Below are positions 18,583 through 32,531 of a stretch of 64,000 nucleotides of DNA, piece after piece (positions within the stretch are counted from its first letter, which is position 1; the number at the start of each line of letters is the position of its first letter). The stretch is from the human T2T-CHM13v2.0 reference genome, Homo sapiens. The DNA lies in the NCBI RefSeq assembly GCF_009914755.1, contig NC_060926.1; one strand, 5' to 3'. The notes beneath the pieces are model-generated. The model saw only the letters and a program-made list of their open reading frames with translations. It ran no database searches and was not told the origin of the DNA. A program made the translations under genes and the position numbers.

Positions 18583-20699
18583 TTGAAAACATTTTTAAAG
18601 TAATAGCCTGGTTTGTTTGTTTGTTTCCTTGATAGTCAATTCTGTATATAAAGCATTTTTGATTTTTTTTTAACTATACTTTAGATTCCCCAATCCTTGT
18701 TTTATACTGAAAGAAGATTTTTTTAAAAATAAAATGCTAACAAAGAGGGATTAAGGAAGTATCTTTCTTGGGAAGTATCACTACTCTTTATTCAGATGAT
18801 GTATTTTCTACTTACATTGGCCTGCTGGTAGCCTTTTTTCCTGCTGCGGAGACCTACAAGTGTTCATCGGGGAGTTGGTGGCCTTGCAGCCTACTGAAGA
18901 TTTGAATGAAGTGAGATGGGAAAAGACTTTAAGAAGTGAATACAGTTGTGGGAAAAATACCAGGATTTTTGGACATCTATCTAGAGTCACTGGACATTTC
19001 TTGCAGGATTAATGAACAAAGCTCCTTTTCCTAGATATTTTATATGTGTTATGTCAAATAACTCTTCCAATATAATTGATTATTGATGTATGGTGAATCT
19101 GAAGTAGGTTATACAACTTGTCCAAGGTCCGAAGCATTCTAACTGGATAGTCAAGCCTAGACTCTTAGTATATTTTTCTCTAAATCCTTTTTCCATTAAA
19201 ATATAATTATGCGGTTATATTAGGAAAATTATTCTGGTAGAAAGTTGTAAGATAGATAAGCAGGAAAAAGAAAAGATATGCAAGAAAATTAGTTTAGCTG
19301 ACTGTTTTAAGAGTCCTCATGAGTAATAGTGAAAGACAGATTAGGAAAGTTTAAAAGGAGATATGGTGAGAAAATGTATTAACAGCAGCAAAACTGATAA
19401 AAAGTATAACCTCAACAGTGGAGAAAAAGCAGGCATCAAAAGTGACTAGACTCCCATGCCTATGGGAATATAATAAGGCCGATGATGCCTTAAAGGGATG
19501 TGCAGAAATCAGCAGACAGACAATTAGAAGGGAGAAGTTTTTAGTTCTTTTTGATCTATGGATTTGAAGTGCTAAAGGGTATCCAAAATCTATATCATTT
19601 CATTCAACTTTTACAATTTCTTTACATATTTGTTATTCTTGTAATTTCAAGACCCATACCTGTTGATTTTATTAATAGCTTCACATTTTTAATTAAAGTG
19701 AGTCACAGACAACATTCCATTCCATTCCCTTTAAGTTTTTCTAGTACTTTATTTATTCTCTAGGAACATTAAAAATGCAAAGGAAGAAAAATGTGGCTAA
19801 AGGGGCTTTATTTCTTTTCTACTTCCTCTCCCTGTCCCTTTTGTTTTGCTGATAGACTATATCATTTTATGCGGTTTCACTTATCTCATCAAGATAAATT
19901 CTACTGTTCCAATCTGTTTTTGTTCTTATCTTTTTACTGACCTTTTGAGATCATCATTTGCAAGAGGAACAAACCTTAAAAATATTTAATACATTTAAAA
20001 AACCTGTTCATAGTGCTATTTGCCTTGGGTAACACATGCTAGAGCCAGATGCCTTAGTAAGGCTACATAGATCTCATTGCTAATTCTTGTGCCTTAATGC
20101 CATCCCCCATTTGGAGAATTTAAAATTTGACATTAAATATTAAAGCTTAAAGAAAATTATTTAATTGAAAAAGACAATTAAACATAGATACTCCAAAAGA
20201 GTCCCCTTCATATTCTTTTATAATTTGGTAGTTTTTATAGAAGAAACCTTATGTTCCAGATGCAAAGCTGTAAGTACTAATAAGTGGCTTCAATTTTATT
20301 GTCATCTCTGTGACTGACCTCAATTCATTCCATTTTGCTATCGTGGTTTCAAGAATATTTGTTTTTAGTACTTATGTGTCTTAGACACTATTAGACCAAA
20401 CTTGATTTAGGTATTTATAATTATGCTTTCTTGGATTCTTTTCTATTTCAAAGTAAATTATAAGCCCCATGAGGTTAGGACCATCATTTCTAATTTTTTT
20501 TTTGTTTTATCACTCTAATAACATTGTCTAAGAAGTTTATCAATAATTATTATAAAGTGAATGAAATAGTTAAGTGGGATATTTTAAGTAATAATGAGTT
20601 CTTAAAAATGCAATTCTTCCACTTGATGTGACTCTTTAGTATTTGGAACAATTTTGGAAAAAGCAGAATATTTTCTTTGCATTTATCTCTTAAACAGTT

Positions 20700-21110
20700 T
20701 GTCTAAAACTGATCATTTTATTTCCATTCTCTTAATTCTTGAATTAACTCTCATCACATTTTTAGTCTCTGTCTCTTCACTAAATCGGTTCTTATCAAGG
20801 TCATCCAATGGTTTTCTTGCTGCCAAATCAAAAAGTAATTTCTTAGAGCTAATCTTAATCAACCTGGTGGTAGATTTTCATATAAATGATCAGTTCCCTT
20901 TTCTTGAAACACTGTCCTCCCTTGAAAGCCATCCTTTCCCTAGTTTCTTCCCTGTCTGGTCAGTCCTTTTCACTCATTTTCTGCTATTTGCTCCGTGTTA
21001 CCCTGACCTCTAAATATAGGAAAGCCTCAGGACTCAATCATTGGATTTCTTTACTTTCCTACTTATACCCTAGACAGGATGTACCATCCATCTCTTTATC
21101 TATGTAATGA
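20700..21110 (+). mobile_element. L2 LINE fragment
   Basis: cttatcaaggtcatccaatgg...ttgctgccaaatcaaaa...ttcttgaaacactgtcctcccttg; boundaries approximate. Confidence 0.6.
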
Positions 21111-21579
21111 TAAGCAAGCATATTCAGAGATTAAAGGTAAAATAAAAGAATTTCTATTTTTATAAGCTCAAACATAAGTCCTTTAAGTGCTAGAATTTTG
21201 CCACAAACACTTTCATATGTTTTAGAGTCTAGTTTATTGTCTCATGAAAAGAAGTACTAAATAGCTGTTACATGAAGAAATAACTGGATGAAAGTTTACT
21301 TCCATAAATACTTACAAACTTTTTATCTTAAATCAACCCTTGAAAGCACATATATCCAACAACAATCTCAGAGCTCCCTATATGTTTTTAAACTTAACAA
21401 AAGCATAATTCTAAAATATCTTTAATGGAAAGAAAATGAGAAGAGTTATTTATGTAAGGCTTCTCTGAAATGAAGCTGATACGTGTTTAACATTTGCTTA
21501 TTCCAGCTTTCGTAGTAATTGGTAAAATAATATTTTCTCCTAAAAGCAATGAAACTAATCCTGAGACAAGTTATTTTTC

Positions 21580-22060
21580 TTTGCTGGTTTTAGTTTAGTT
21601 TATCCCTCACCCTCACCACACTGCGTCCAAGTCCCAGGCTGACTGAAGCAACAGTTGTTCCTACTCCATTACCCCTAACACACTAGTGATTTTTAAAACG
21701 TTAAGTAACAACTTCCTCAGTCTCTCTGCATCTTGGTGTAAACATACAACAAAATTCTTGCCAATGAAATGAAAGCAAAGGTTGACCATAGGGAATTCTG
21801 GAAAAGAACAGGTAGAGCTGATGAAGCCTATCCCTCTACTTCTGTCCTTGGATCTAATGCTTAGAGCTGTGGCACTCAGTGTACTATCAAAACAGAAAGA
21901 TAATAAAATGATATACGTTCTGGTCCTGTTGTTACTGATCCATGAAACCCATGGCAACAGCTATGCCGTTTCTAGACTACTGTTATGAAATAGAATAACA
22001 CCTAAAACTATTGGGTGAAGCCATTACTTTTTTTACTTGTAGGCAAGGAAGATACTAACT
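21580..22060 (+). mobile_element. Old MaLR/ERVL-type LTR remnant
   Basis: gccaatgaaatgaaagcaaag...tctagactactgttatgaaatagaataa...aagccattac...ttacttgtag; subfamily uncertain. Confidence 0.4.
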
Positions 22061-25000
22061 GAAAAGTTCGTATGAAAAGTGACTATGTCCAAATTTTTCA
22101 CTTTTCCTTTTTTCTTGCATTTTAACTGTCAAATGCATCATCTCAAGATATTTGCATTTTTAAAAACATAAATGAAGTCAATGGCCCTTTCCTTTCTTGT
22201 TAACACTTACTATCTCTGGTGCTTCTATTACATCTGCTTCATCATCCTACTCTTCTGGTCATTGACTAGGCTTTACGTGTATCAGACTTTTCTGAATGCT
22301 TACATTGGAGGGGGACAGGGGTGGGAGGAAGTGCCTCACACATTTGTAAGTAACACTAAGTAGAAGCTTGTAGAGCTTCCTCAAGGATGCTGTCTCTGAA
22401 TTGTGGAATTATATGTGCTGTAATAGACAGGATATTATGTGTCATCCATTTCCAAGCAGTAATAAAATTCAAAAGTAGTAAATGTTTCCTGAACTTACAC
22501 ACCTCAAGCAAATATGTACTGAAAGATCAATAAAGAGAACATGAAGAAACACAGGTCTTCATTAGCATTTAATTTGGCAAAACAAGAACATCCAAGTTTT
22601 CTAATTTCTGGATCCATAGTAGATTGGAAGTAACCCAAGGAAAAAATGAGAGGGTGAGACTGTTTCTGCCTCCACAGGGGACTTGGCGAAAAGACAAACA
22701 AACCCTCCTTTCACAGAGGCTTTTGGTCATTGCACCCCATTTTAAATTATGTTTTTAACTTAGAATTGATTAGTTTTTATATTCTAAGAGGAGGTTTATT
22801 GTGACTGAATTCACAAAAACACATTTGAAAGCATTTAATAACAATGTTTAGTAATATAACTCCTTTCTAAACTTATATAAACACCCAACCCCTAATTAGA
22901 ACACATTTCTAATTATGGGGAAACCCATTTTTTTCAAAAGCTATTGCCTAGGCGATGTTATGATTCGGCAGATGCTCTGAATACAGATTCACAGCCTCCA
23001 GATAATGTAAGAGAAAAAAAAATCGAACCTAAGCATTTCAAACAACATTGAAATAATATAATGCCAAGACAACTTTATACTTTGCCTGAAACCATTTCAT
23101 TTACATGCAAAATAAATCATTACTACTAAGGAAAAAACCCACATCTACATGAAACATTCTCCTCCAAGCTAGAATATTAATTTTCCAATCTGTTCTTTAC
23201 TTTTTATTATTAAAATTGTGTATACTATTAACAATCAGCCATATGTAATGCTATGTATTGTTTATGGACATCCAGCAGAAGATCTTTTAAAATCTCTTTG
23301 TTTTGTAAATGGTCATAAGAAAATAATCTAAAAGTAATTTGGAATAAACATAACGCTTCCCTTTTAAATTTGCTAAATGAAGTATATCTATAGACTTTCT
23401 TCTTTTCAGTCTTTAAAGCTTTCAGATTGCATATCTTTATTTTTGCATTTAGAAAATTATCTAAGCAAATGACTTATCTTTACTTACAATCATGCCAATT
23501 GAGTTTATGCAAAATCTAAGTTTTTCTTAGAGCCACGGGGGAGGAGAGTAAGAGATAGCAGTTATTGGGTCCTAAATTCACCCTCTGGCACTGAGTTAGT
23601 TGCTGGAAAACACTAACATCTCTTCTTGAGTATTTATTGGGATCACTAAGTAAGTATGTTAGTATTTAGCTATTTGCAAACAGTCAAAAACAAACGACTC
23701 TAGAGAACAAAAGTGTAAATTTAAGATGCTATGCAATGGGTACTTTCTCATAAAATTCATGCCAGTTATCCTTTATTATCAAGTAAGGACATCTGCAGTA
23801 ACTTAAAGAGAAAAAGAGAGACAGAGACAGAGAGAGAGAAAGACAGAGAGGGAGAAGCCCTCACAATCTATTCTTAGTGTTTTATAAAAGGATTAGGCAT
23901 TGCTATGACTAAGTTATTCCATAAATATTATTTATAATTTCAAAACTATATAGGATCAAAGCCATCCTGTGAATTGTTTATATATATATATTCTTATTCC
24001 TCCATAAAAATAAATGATGTTGAAATATTACAGATACATATATCTATAGCTGACCATCTAGGATTACTTGAAACCAATTAATAAATCAACAGACTTTGGA
24101 AAAGTTAATTAAACTTCTTTATCCATCAAGATCTCTGTATAACATGATTAATGGCATCATAAATGAAACTATAAACTCATTAGAAGAAATTTCTAAGTTA
24201 TTCAGTCTTTGGCAACTTTTGGTGAAAAACTTGCAGCCGTACTTTGATGGAACCTGTCTAATTTTAGAAAGGTATGAAAGATAATGATCTGTTACAAATT
24301 TATGTATTTTATAATGACACTATAATTCAAATGTTTTTAAACTCACGTTGTAACTTCTGTAATATTTAATGTGTTTTCTATTTGACTTTTTGAATAGCAA
24401 TTCACATATATGAATAAGAAACTTGAATATTTTCATGTATTTTAATTAATCCCTAGCTAAACATACTTTTTTAATGCCAGATACACACACATATATATGT
24501 TATTTATTTTATAATTTGTAAAAGGCAAAAACGTAGGAATAGCCTATCTTTCAATAGGGAGTTGGTGGTAAACTGATACTAGGGAATACTAGGCAATCAT
24601 AAAAAAGGGGTAATGTCTGTTGATCTGGAAGGCTGTCCATAAAGTACTATTAAGTGAGTAAAGTAAGTTATTGAATAATGTGTAGAGTATGCTCCCTAAT
24701 CTGTAAAGAAAAACCCTTATTATCGTATATATGTATTAGTATGTAGAGAAATGTGTGGAAGGACTAATACATAGACATAACATATACATTTCTATTTAAT
24801 ACTCTAAGCATGTATTACTTTTGTAATTTTAAATTTTATTAAAAATATATTTTAAAAAAGAATTAATCTTAAAAAACAGAAAGAGGGAAAAAAGAAAAAT
24901 ACCTAAAATATGATGAGCTGGTGAGCTTTAACTATCAGGATGATGAATTCTACATTTACTTGCTTTGGATTTAAAAGAAAGGCATATGGGACAAATCACT

Positions 25001-25679
25001 AAGACCAGAACCATTGCTTGAAGATAAATTTAGTTACATAAGTACATTCAGAAGCCAAAGAAATTTTATTTGTAAGGGAATTCCATCATAATTTCTTATT
25101 TGAAAGCATATAAAAACTGAAATAGGAAAAATATTTCATGATGTACTGATTTACTAGTAATCTGTACTTGCACAACTGCATAACTGCTGATGTTTGTAGT
25201 AATGATGTGATTTGGAGTAATTGTTATATATCAGCATTTTGCAATTAATGCAACAGGTATTGAAATTTGTTAATGTCTCAGAACACATACAGGATGCTGT
25301 TAGATTCTGATTATGTATTTAACAGTCTTCTAATTTAATGAGTCTAGAGTCACTGAGAGCAAACCACAACCTGCTATTTTCCATGCAAAAGCAAAATAGG
25401 GTGACCTTCAAGTTAGAAACATGTAAAGCAACACATTGCAAATTATTGATGATTTGTGGATTAATGTCAGAATATTTTAAATGCAAAAATTAGCCCAGTT
25501 TATATTTGGATTTAATATTCCAGACCATCTGTCTCCTCATACCTGTACGTCTCCTCCCTTTGGGCAAAATGATTTCATCTACAATCTCAAAGAGAATTTA
25601 GAATTTTACATAAACTCAACCTTTTCTTACCAAAGTTATACATTTATCTGTATCTTTATCCTGTAATTATTTTCTCTCA

Positions 25680-27090
25680 ATAAAATAATGAAGGAGGGAG
25701 ACTTCTCTAAGACTAATCCTTTCATATTTTCTTTTCCTCTTAACTCTTCTTTTTTTTCAGGAAACTGTTATAATTAATAATCTCTTCTCTCTCCTGTATC
25801 TCCAACCTCTCACACTCTATAAAATCTTCCAAAACAGACTCAAAATTTCACCCATTCTCAAAATATCTTTCTCTTGATATTATTCCCAGTCCAACTATTT
25901 CCCAGTCTCTCTCTCTTCTCTCTCATCTACATTTCTCAAAAGATATCAACACTTGGAGAAACTTCCATATCTGTATATTAAATTTCCCATTTAGCATCAC
26001 TGAATATGTCAAAGTCACTGCAAATTCAACACATCCGAAACTAAACACAGGATGACTAATTTAGCACCCTTCTACTGTGAGAAATCTCAGTTAATGTTAC
26101 CCCCATCCATCCAACTTTGCAAGCCAGAAGCCTAGAAAAAAATGATTAACAGTTTCTTATCCCAATTCCTTCATATCCAGTTAATCACTAAGTATGGTAT
26201 TACATTTTAAGTTCTAAATATTTTTTGAATCTTAACACTTCTCTCCATTCACTCGAATTTCTGGCTCCCCAATTCCCTCATTACTTATTCCAATAGTTTT
26301 AGCCAGCCATTCACATTGATAATACTAAATATTTACATTACCAACAAACGATTAAGTTAGAAGGTCAATACTTGCTTCCCAATCAGCATATGGACTCACT
26401 CCCTTCTAGAACATTTTCTTTACTTGGCGTCCAGGGCTTCACCTTACCTGATTTCCTCCTACCTCCATTCAGTCTGTCTCAATTTCCTTTGCCGTACTAT
26501 ACCTTTCTCTTCTGTTCTGCTCATACAAATTATGGAGTATTCTAAGGCTTGTGCAGTTTTCCATCTACACTTTCTACATATGGAATCTCATTTAATGTAA
26601 TGAATTTAAATATGCTTGATGACCCAGACTCCTCCCTTGAGCTCCACAGTATTATATTTATTTGCCTATGCAAAATCTTCACTCAAATATCAAATAAACG
26701 TCTCCAATTTGTTATACCTTAACAGAATTTTTTATTTTCCTCATAAAATTTGTTCCATTTTCTTTTGAGTCTTCTCCATCTCAGTTTATGACATCATTCT
26801 TAGCCAGTTACTCAGGACAAAAACCCAGGTGTCATTGGTTGTATTTTTCTTTTCTTACCATCTGCATATCACATACTCATTTATAATTTCCCTCATAATA
26901 AATAATCATGCATGTAAATAATATTAATGTAAATGCATGTAAATAATATTAAATAATATTTTCTCTTTCCCTACACAATGGATTTTATGATATTAGGAAT
27001 TACGTTAACTTTTCTCTCTATTCTTTCCTCAGTATCTTAGCCAACATTTGACATGTAGTAAATACAATGAATATTTACTGGCTGCATATT
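25680..27090 (+). mobile_element. Cluster of L2 fragments
   Basis: caaattcaacacatccgaaactaaac; ccagactcctcccttgagctccac; tcttctccatctcagt...ccagttactcaggacaaaaacccaggtgtcat; L2-like 3' end near 27060. Confidence 0.6.
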
Positions 27091-29237
27091 GTGAAATAAC
27101 ATATATGGAGGAGGGTTTGTGTTTTGTTCTGTTTTCTCCTGTTAAAAACAAATAAAATATGGTATGTTTGACTGTATCAACAGTGGGAAGAATTTTTCTT
27201 GGGAGAAATCACTTTTTACCGAAACAACCAGAGCCAGATGATACACAATCTAAGATTCATAACCTATCACCTAAAATCGTTACTACTTCCAATCAATTTT
27301 TCCCAATCCCATAAATCCTACAGTATGATCTAGTGACAACAAGGAAGTGGCTGCCAAAGTCCAGCACTATATTGTCTTTTATTTTATTTTAGTGTCCATG
27401 AAATTTGAATTCTTACTTGTACTTTTGATGAGGGAGGCTGGGGATGGTAGCATTAATGCAATTAGGAACAGGTGAAAGTTGTTCTCATACGAAACCACAA
27501 CTTTGTTTTTCAAATCTCTGCAGAATTTTAAAATAACTCTCACTTAAGAAAATATTTTTTAAAACTGTGCCTATGTTTGTTCATATATGTCTTAGATTAG
27601 TTTATCTGATGTATTTAAAAAGTTACATTATCTACAATTATAGGAGTACACGCTTAGATCATGGAATTTATTGGTCCAGGATAAAATACTCTGTGTGAGA
27701 ACTGCATTATAAAATCCTACACAGAAGTAGGCTTAATAGCTAAAAATTAAAACTAAGAGAAAGACATTGAGCGATTTTTTTGTAAATTGCTGAATGACTC
27801 TAAGTCTGTTTCATCATTTATGAATGGCAATAGTGACTACTGTTTTTATATGCTTGTCATAAATATTCAATGTCACAGTGTAGCATACCTGATATAGATA
27901 CATATTAGGATTTTCTAAAGGTGGCAAAAACAAGCTCCTAGCTAAATATAAGATTTTGGAAAAGACATCAGTACTCTGAGAAAGAAATAAAAAACTGATG
28001 TTTTGGTTTTCCCTTTGGTCCTTTCTTTCCTGGTGTGTAGAACAATATAGCTATTCTCTCTGGGATTTGAACTCTCGGATTTCGGGGTCAGAGATTGAAC
28101 AAAGGAGTTGCTTTGTAAATTTATCTTGCTCTGTTCAGGAAAAAACATGGTGTTTTTCCCTCAACAAGTAAATTTTTTATGGTAAAAGGTTTTTGTTGTT
28201 ATTTTATTTTTACTCTACTAAAAGTAACTATAATTATTCCATAAATGACTCAAGCATATGGAACACTTTACTCTGAGCAGAAGAACAGAATGCTATAAAA
28301 CTTACATGGCTACAAGCATTCAGAGTTTATTAGAGGTGAGGTTCCCTTTCCTTATCATTCATTCTTTAGTACTGAGTTACTGCAAAATTACAATGAAATT
28401 ACACCTCTTTGGGTTTAAGGGTAGATGATGGCAGAGAAGGAAATCACTGTAATGGAATTTTGTTGATAAATCAAAGCACTCTCTGCTAATTAGCTCCTGC
28501 CTATATACATAGTACAGAAGAATAATTGTATGTTTATGAAAAAATGATTAATTAGGGAATGTGCTGAGGTAATAAGAAAAAGGCATGAAGAGAGCAATTT
28601 GAATTAATATCTACACATCATTTTATGTAACCACATCACAGAAGGGGGTCTCAGTTAATTATATTCCCCTAGTTAGATAGAAAATATGAAAAAAGGTACT
28701 TACTTAGGATCTAATACAATATATGCCTAAATTACATGGTGAAATAAATTCAACTCTTTTCTAAATATATGGCAGGCATAAAAACAGAAACTTTGATCTC
28801 TACTTAAGAAATCTTTTTGGTTAAGTATTGTTCATTTATAAAAACTGAAACAATGTTTTAATTAAAATATGGGCTATAAAACAAATTTAAGATCTATGAA
28901 ATATAATTCCAACCCTTTGAGTAATTTTCAATTTTAAAAGTAGGTCATACTGGGAATTCTAAATGCAGACTCAAATTATCATAATTTAGTCTTCTCCTAT
29001 AGAAGTTTATAAGATCTGTGTGCACATATAAATATACAGGTATATGCAATGGGTTCAGGCAAACAGATGTTTTTCCTCGAATCTGTCTAACTCATCCCAT
29101 CTGTAACCCATTGAAGCTGATGAAATAAACACCCTTCTGTGAATATGCAATATCATTCCCTCTACTATTCTTATTTTGTGTAAAACTATTACCAAAATTG
29201 AATATTAAATCAAAGTTTCATGATGACTGGGCTGGAG

Positions 29238-29537
29238 CAGTGCAGTCCAATAGATCTATAATACAAGCTAAATAAGTGATTGAAAGTATTCTAGCAGACA
29301 TATTTAAGAAGATGAAATTAATTGTATTTATTTACCCAATATACCCATATTATTAACATTTCAACGTGTCACTGATATAACACATTATTAATAAGATATT
29401 TTATATTCCCTTTTTCATACTAGTCTTCACAATCCAGTGTACTTTTTACAATTACATAGAATCTCAATTTGCTTTAACTGCACTGAAAGTGCTTAATGGC
29501 CATACGTGACTAGTGGTTACCATATTGGACAGTGCAG
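29238..29537. mobile_element. MER33 hAT-Charlie DNA transposon
   Basis: Termini CAGTGCAGTCCAATAG...CATATTGGACAGTGCAG; internal sequence fits recalled MER33. Confidence 0.85.
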
Positions 29538-29966
29538 GTCTAGAGCAATCTTGAGAGAGACTTACAGGTCTGATGACTTAATGAAAAGGCCACAAATTTT
29601 ATATTAACCAGGGAGTACTTTAATCAGGATTCTGTTTGTGAGGTACTGCACAATAATGCAGCATGAGCACCTGGAACCAACATGGACACTGAGACCTTAC
29701 CTTACAGTATATAAATGTACAAAGAGAACCCTGGTTTTAGTTCCAAGATAATACCTTATTGCTTGCTCTAGGGCCTTTGAGGACAAGAATATGATAATAC
29801 ATTATTTGAAGATAGTTTAACCAATTGATCTCTCATACATAGATGTGCCTTTATATGGCAAAGTTGCATGACACACAGAATAATAATCAAGTTTCCTTCA
29901 GGACAAGAAAAAATAAGAATGGCACCGTCGGAAATATTATATGCTCAAGTACCCAGGGTAGGCAGA

Positions 29967-30575
29967 TGTGCTAGACAGAAATCAAAAATTGCTCCCAGGA
30001 TTACAGCCACTGAAATATACACATACCTTTCCCACTTATTTAAATTCTAACCCAGGTGCTGATGTGAAAGGATTTTGCAGATGTAATTAAGGTCCCAAAT
30101 TTCTTGACCTGAAGATAGAAAGACAATCAGCAAGGGCCTGACTTAATTCCATGAGCCTTCATATCTGGGTCTATTGGTCAGAGAGACAAAATCTAGGAGA
30201 TTCAAAGAATAAGACGGATCTGAAACACTGTTGCTGGGTTTTGAAGATGGTGGGGGTGGGGTGGGAAGGGCTGGTTCATGACAAGGAATACACATGGCTG
30301 GCTAAGAGTCAGCAATAACTTGGGAGCCTCAGTTCTACAACTTCAAGGAACTTGGTTCTGCCAACAACCTGAATGAACTTGGTAGTGGACTCCAAGCTCT
30401 AGATGAGAACACAGGTCAGACAGCACCTTGATTTCAGCCTGGTGAGAAGATAAGGAAAAAACCCAGCTATGCCATGCCTGTAATTTTACCTGTGGAACTG
30501 TGTTTTGTTTTGTTTGTTTATTATACTTCAAGTTCTATTTTATTATACTGTAAGTCACTCAGTGAGTTTGAGTAT
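29967..30575 (+). mobile_element. MLT1 (MaLR) LTR, D/E-like
   Basis: gattttgcagatgtaattaaggtccc; ttctgccaacaacctgaatgaacttgg; caccttgatttcagcctggtgag. Confidence 0.8.
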
Positions 30576-32014
30576 AATATTAACATTTTAGGGTCTCTAG
30601 AAGCTTTGGTAACAATGTCTGAGCATTTTGCTATCAAGGTAAAAGCCACTTTTGCAACTTTGTGACGCTAAATACTTCTGTTAAAGTAACCACTTTAACT
30701 GTATGAACAGTAATTAACAACTGAGCTGAGACGTTTTGCTCTTCCCCTATAATTCTGTGATAACCTTGGTATTTTATGGCTACTGGGAAGTTGGGACAAA
30801 AGTCATGTGGAAAAGAAGAGATTCACACACTCTCCTTCACCTCTTCAAACTCTCTTTAATTCCAAAGTAAATTTAATATAAAGAACTTAGTGGACTGAGG
30901 ATAGACTTATAATAAAGGGCTGTGTGCTTTTATTTATTGGACTTAAGGATCATAATACAACTGCCACTCATCTAAGGTAACGATCTATGGATGATTTTGA
31001 CTGTTTGATTTGGACATGAGTTATGAACTTAAGTTCCTTGGGGGCAAAACAAACAAGGAAAAAAAAATGTGCCAATTGTGAAAGTGGTGCCAAGAATATC
31101 ATATCATCTCACTCATATATCACACATGGGTCACACTGCTAAAGGATTAAACTGTTATGTGACCTGTTACTTAATAACCACTATACCATAAAGTAAAAGT
31201 ATGACACAGGCATTAAAATGTGACAAGAATATAAAATGTTTCAAATAGCTGCCCAAAGGAGATTTAGATAGTTAAACTGAGTCAAATTACTTTACTTTAT
31301 ATTGTGAAGCACCTAGAATAATTGAATTGGAGCAAGTAACTAGATAAAAATGCTTGATATCTAGCTGTTTTAATGATTTCACAAATTTGAAGAGTTATTA
31401 GTCAGTTAACACATGGACTGCTAACTAACACAAAGAAATGTTTTGCCAATGGAAACTTGACTTATTGAGATTAACAAATTTCAGCCCTAATAGAATAGGA
31501 GACTGAGATTAAAAGAAATAAACAAACAAACAAAAAAAAATCTTTGGATATATATTTGACAAAGAATCTAAAATGGATTAGAATCAAATATTCTATTCTA
31601 TCAGAATCTATATGAAAATAGCATGTATGCAAGCTAAAATAAATAATATACAGAAAAGAATGAAAAAGTCTTGCTAAACATATTTTTTATAGGATTCTTG
31701 ATGGAAAAGAAAAACCACCAAAGGCAAATACTATTTTTAAGGCACTTAATTCAAATAAGGTAAGTAGGGAGAGGTTCTAAAATATCAAGTATTATTTTCA
31801 TTATAAGCAGCATATTCTAGGAGACTAAAGGTAAAAAAAGAAATTCTATTCTATCTTATCCAATCTTCCTGAAAGAAATTCCAGCAGCAGCCTATAATGT
31901 AAATGAAGTGTGGAAACCAACTAATACATTGTAGGCTTGGGAAAGAATAACATTGCTTAGAAAATGAAAGTTGATCAAGACTGGAAACATTTCACCTGCT
32001 TTCATTTAAATCTT

Positions 32015-32057
32015 CCCCCCCGCCCCCCGCACCCGCCCCCCCCCACGCCCGCCCCGC
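32015..32057. repeat. C-rich low-complexity tract (G-rich on the ERBB4 sense strand)
   Basis: cccccccgccccccgcacccgcccccccccacgcccgccccgc. Confidence 0.9.
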
Positions 32058-32230
32058 TGGTTTGGGAAACAGAATACAATATAATGGGGTGGAAGGACTA
32101 TGAACACTAAATATTTTGAAATGGCCACATTGACATGCTCAATGTAATTTTCTGTGACTAAAAATAAACTAGGCATTTGGATAATCCGCCAGTTAAAATA
32201 TGGTTTAAGAAACTCAAAACAATTATTTTC

Positions 32231-32531
<301 letters not shown>

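Noticed and set aside
18857-18868. C-terminal DEHL of the candidate cryptic exon as an ER-retention signal
   Set aside because: Does not fit the KDEL/HDEL-type pattern ending in E-L
18808-18990. ORF with GCKATNSPMNTC, superficially a third JM-like C-xn-C exon
   Set aside because: That frame needs phase 1, but the host intron is phase 2; in the ERBB4 frame the segment has a stop. Cys spacing also differs from JM-a/JM-b
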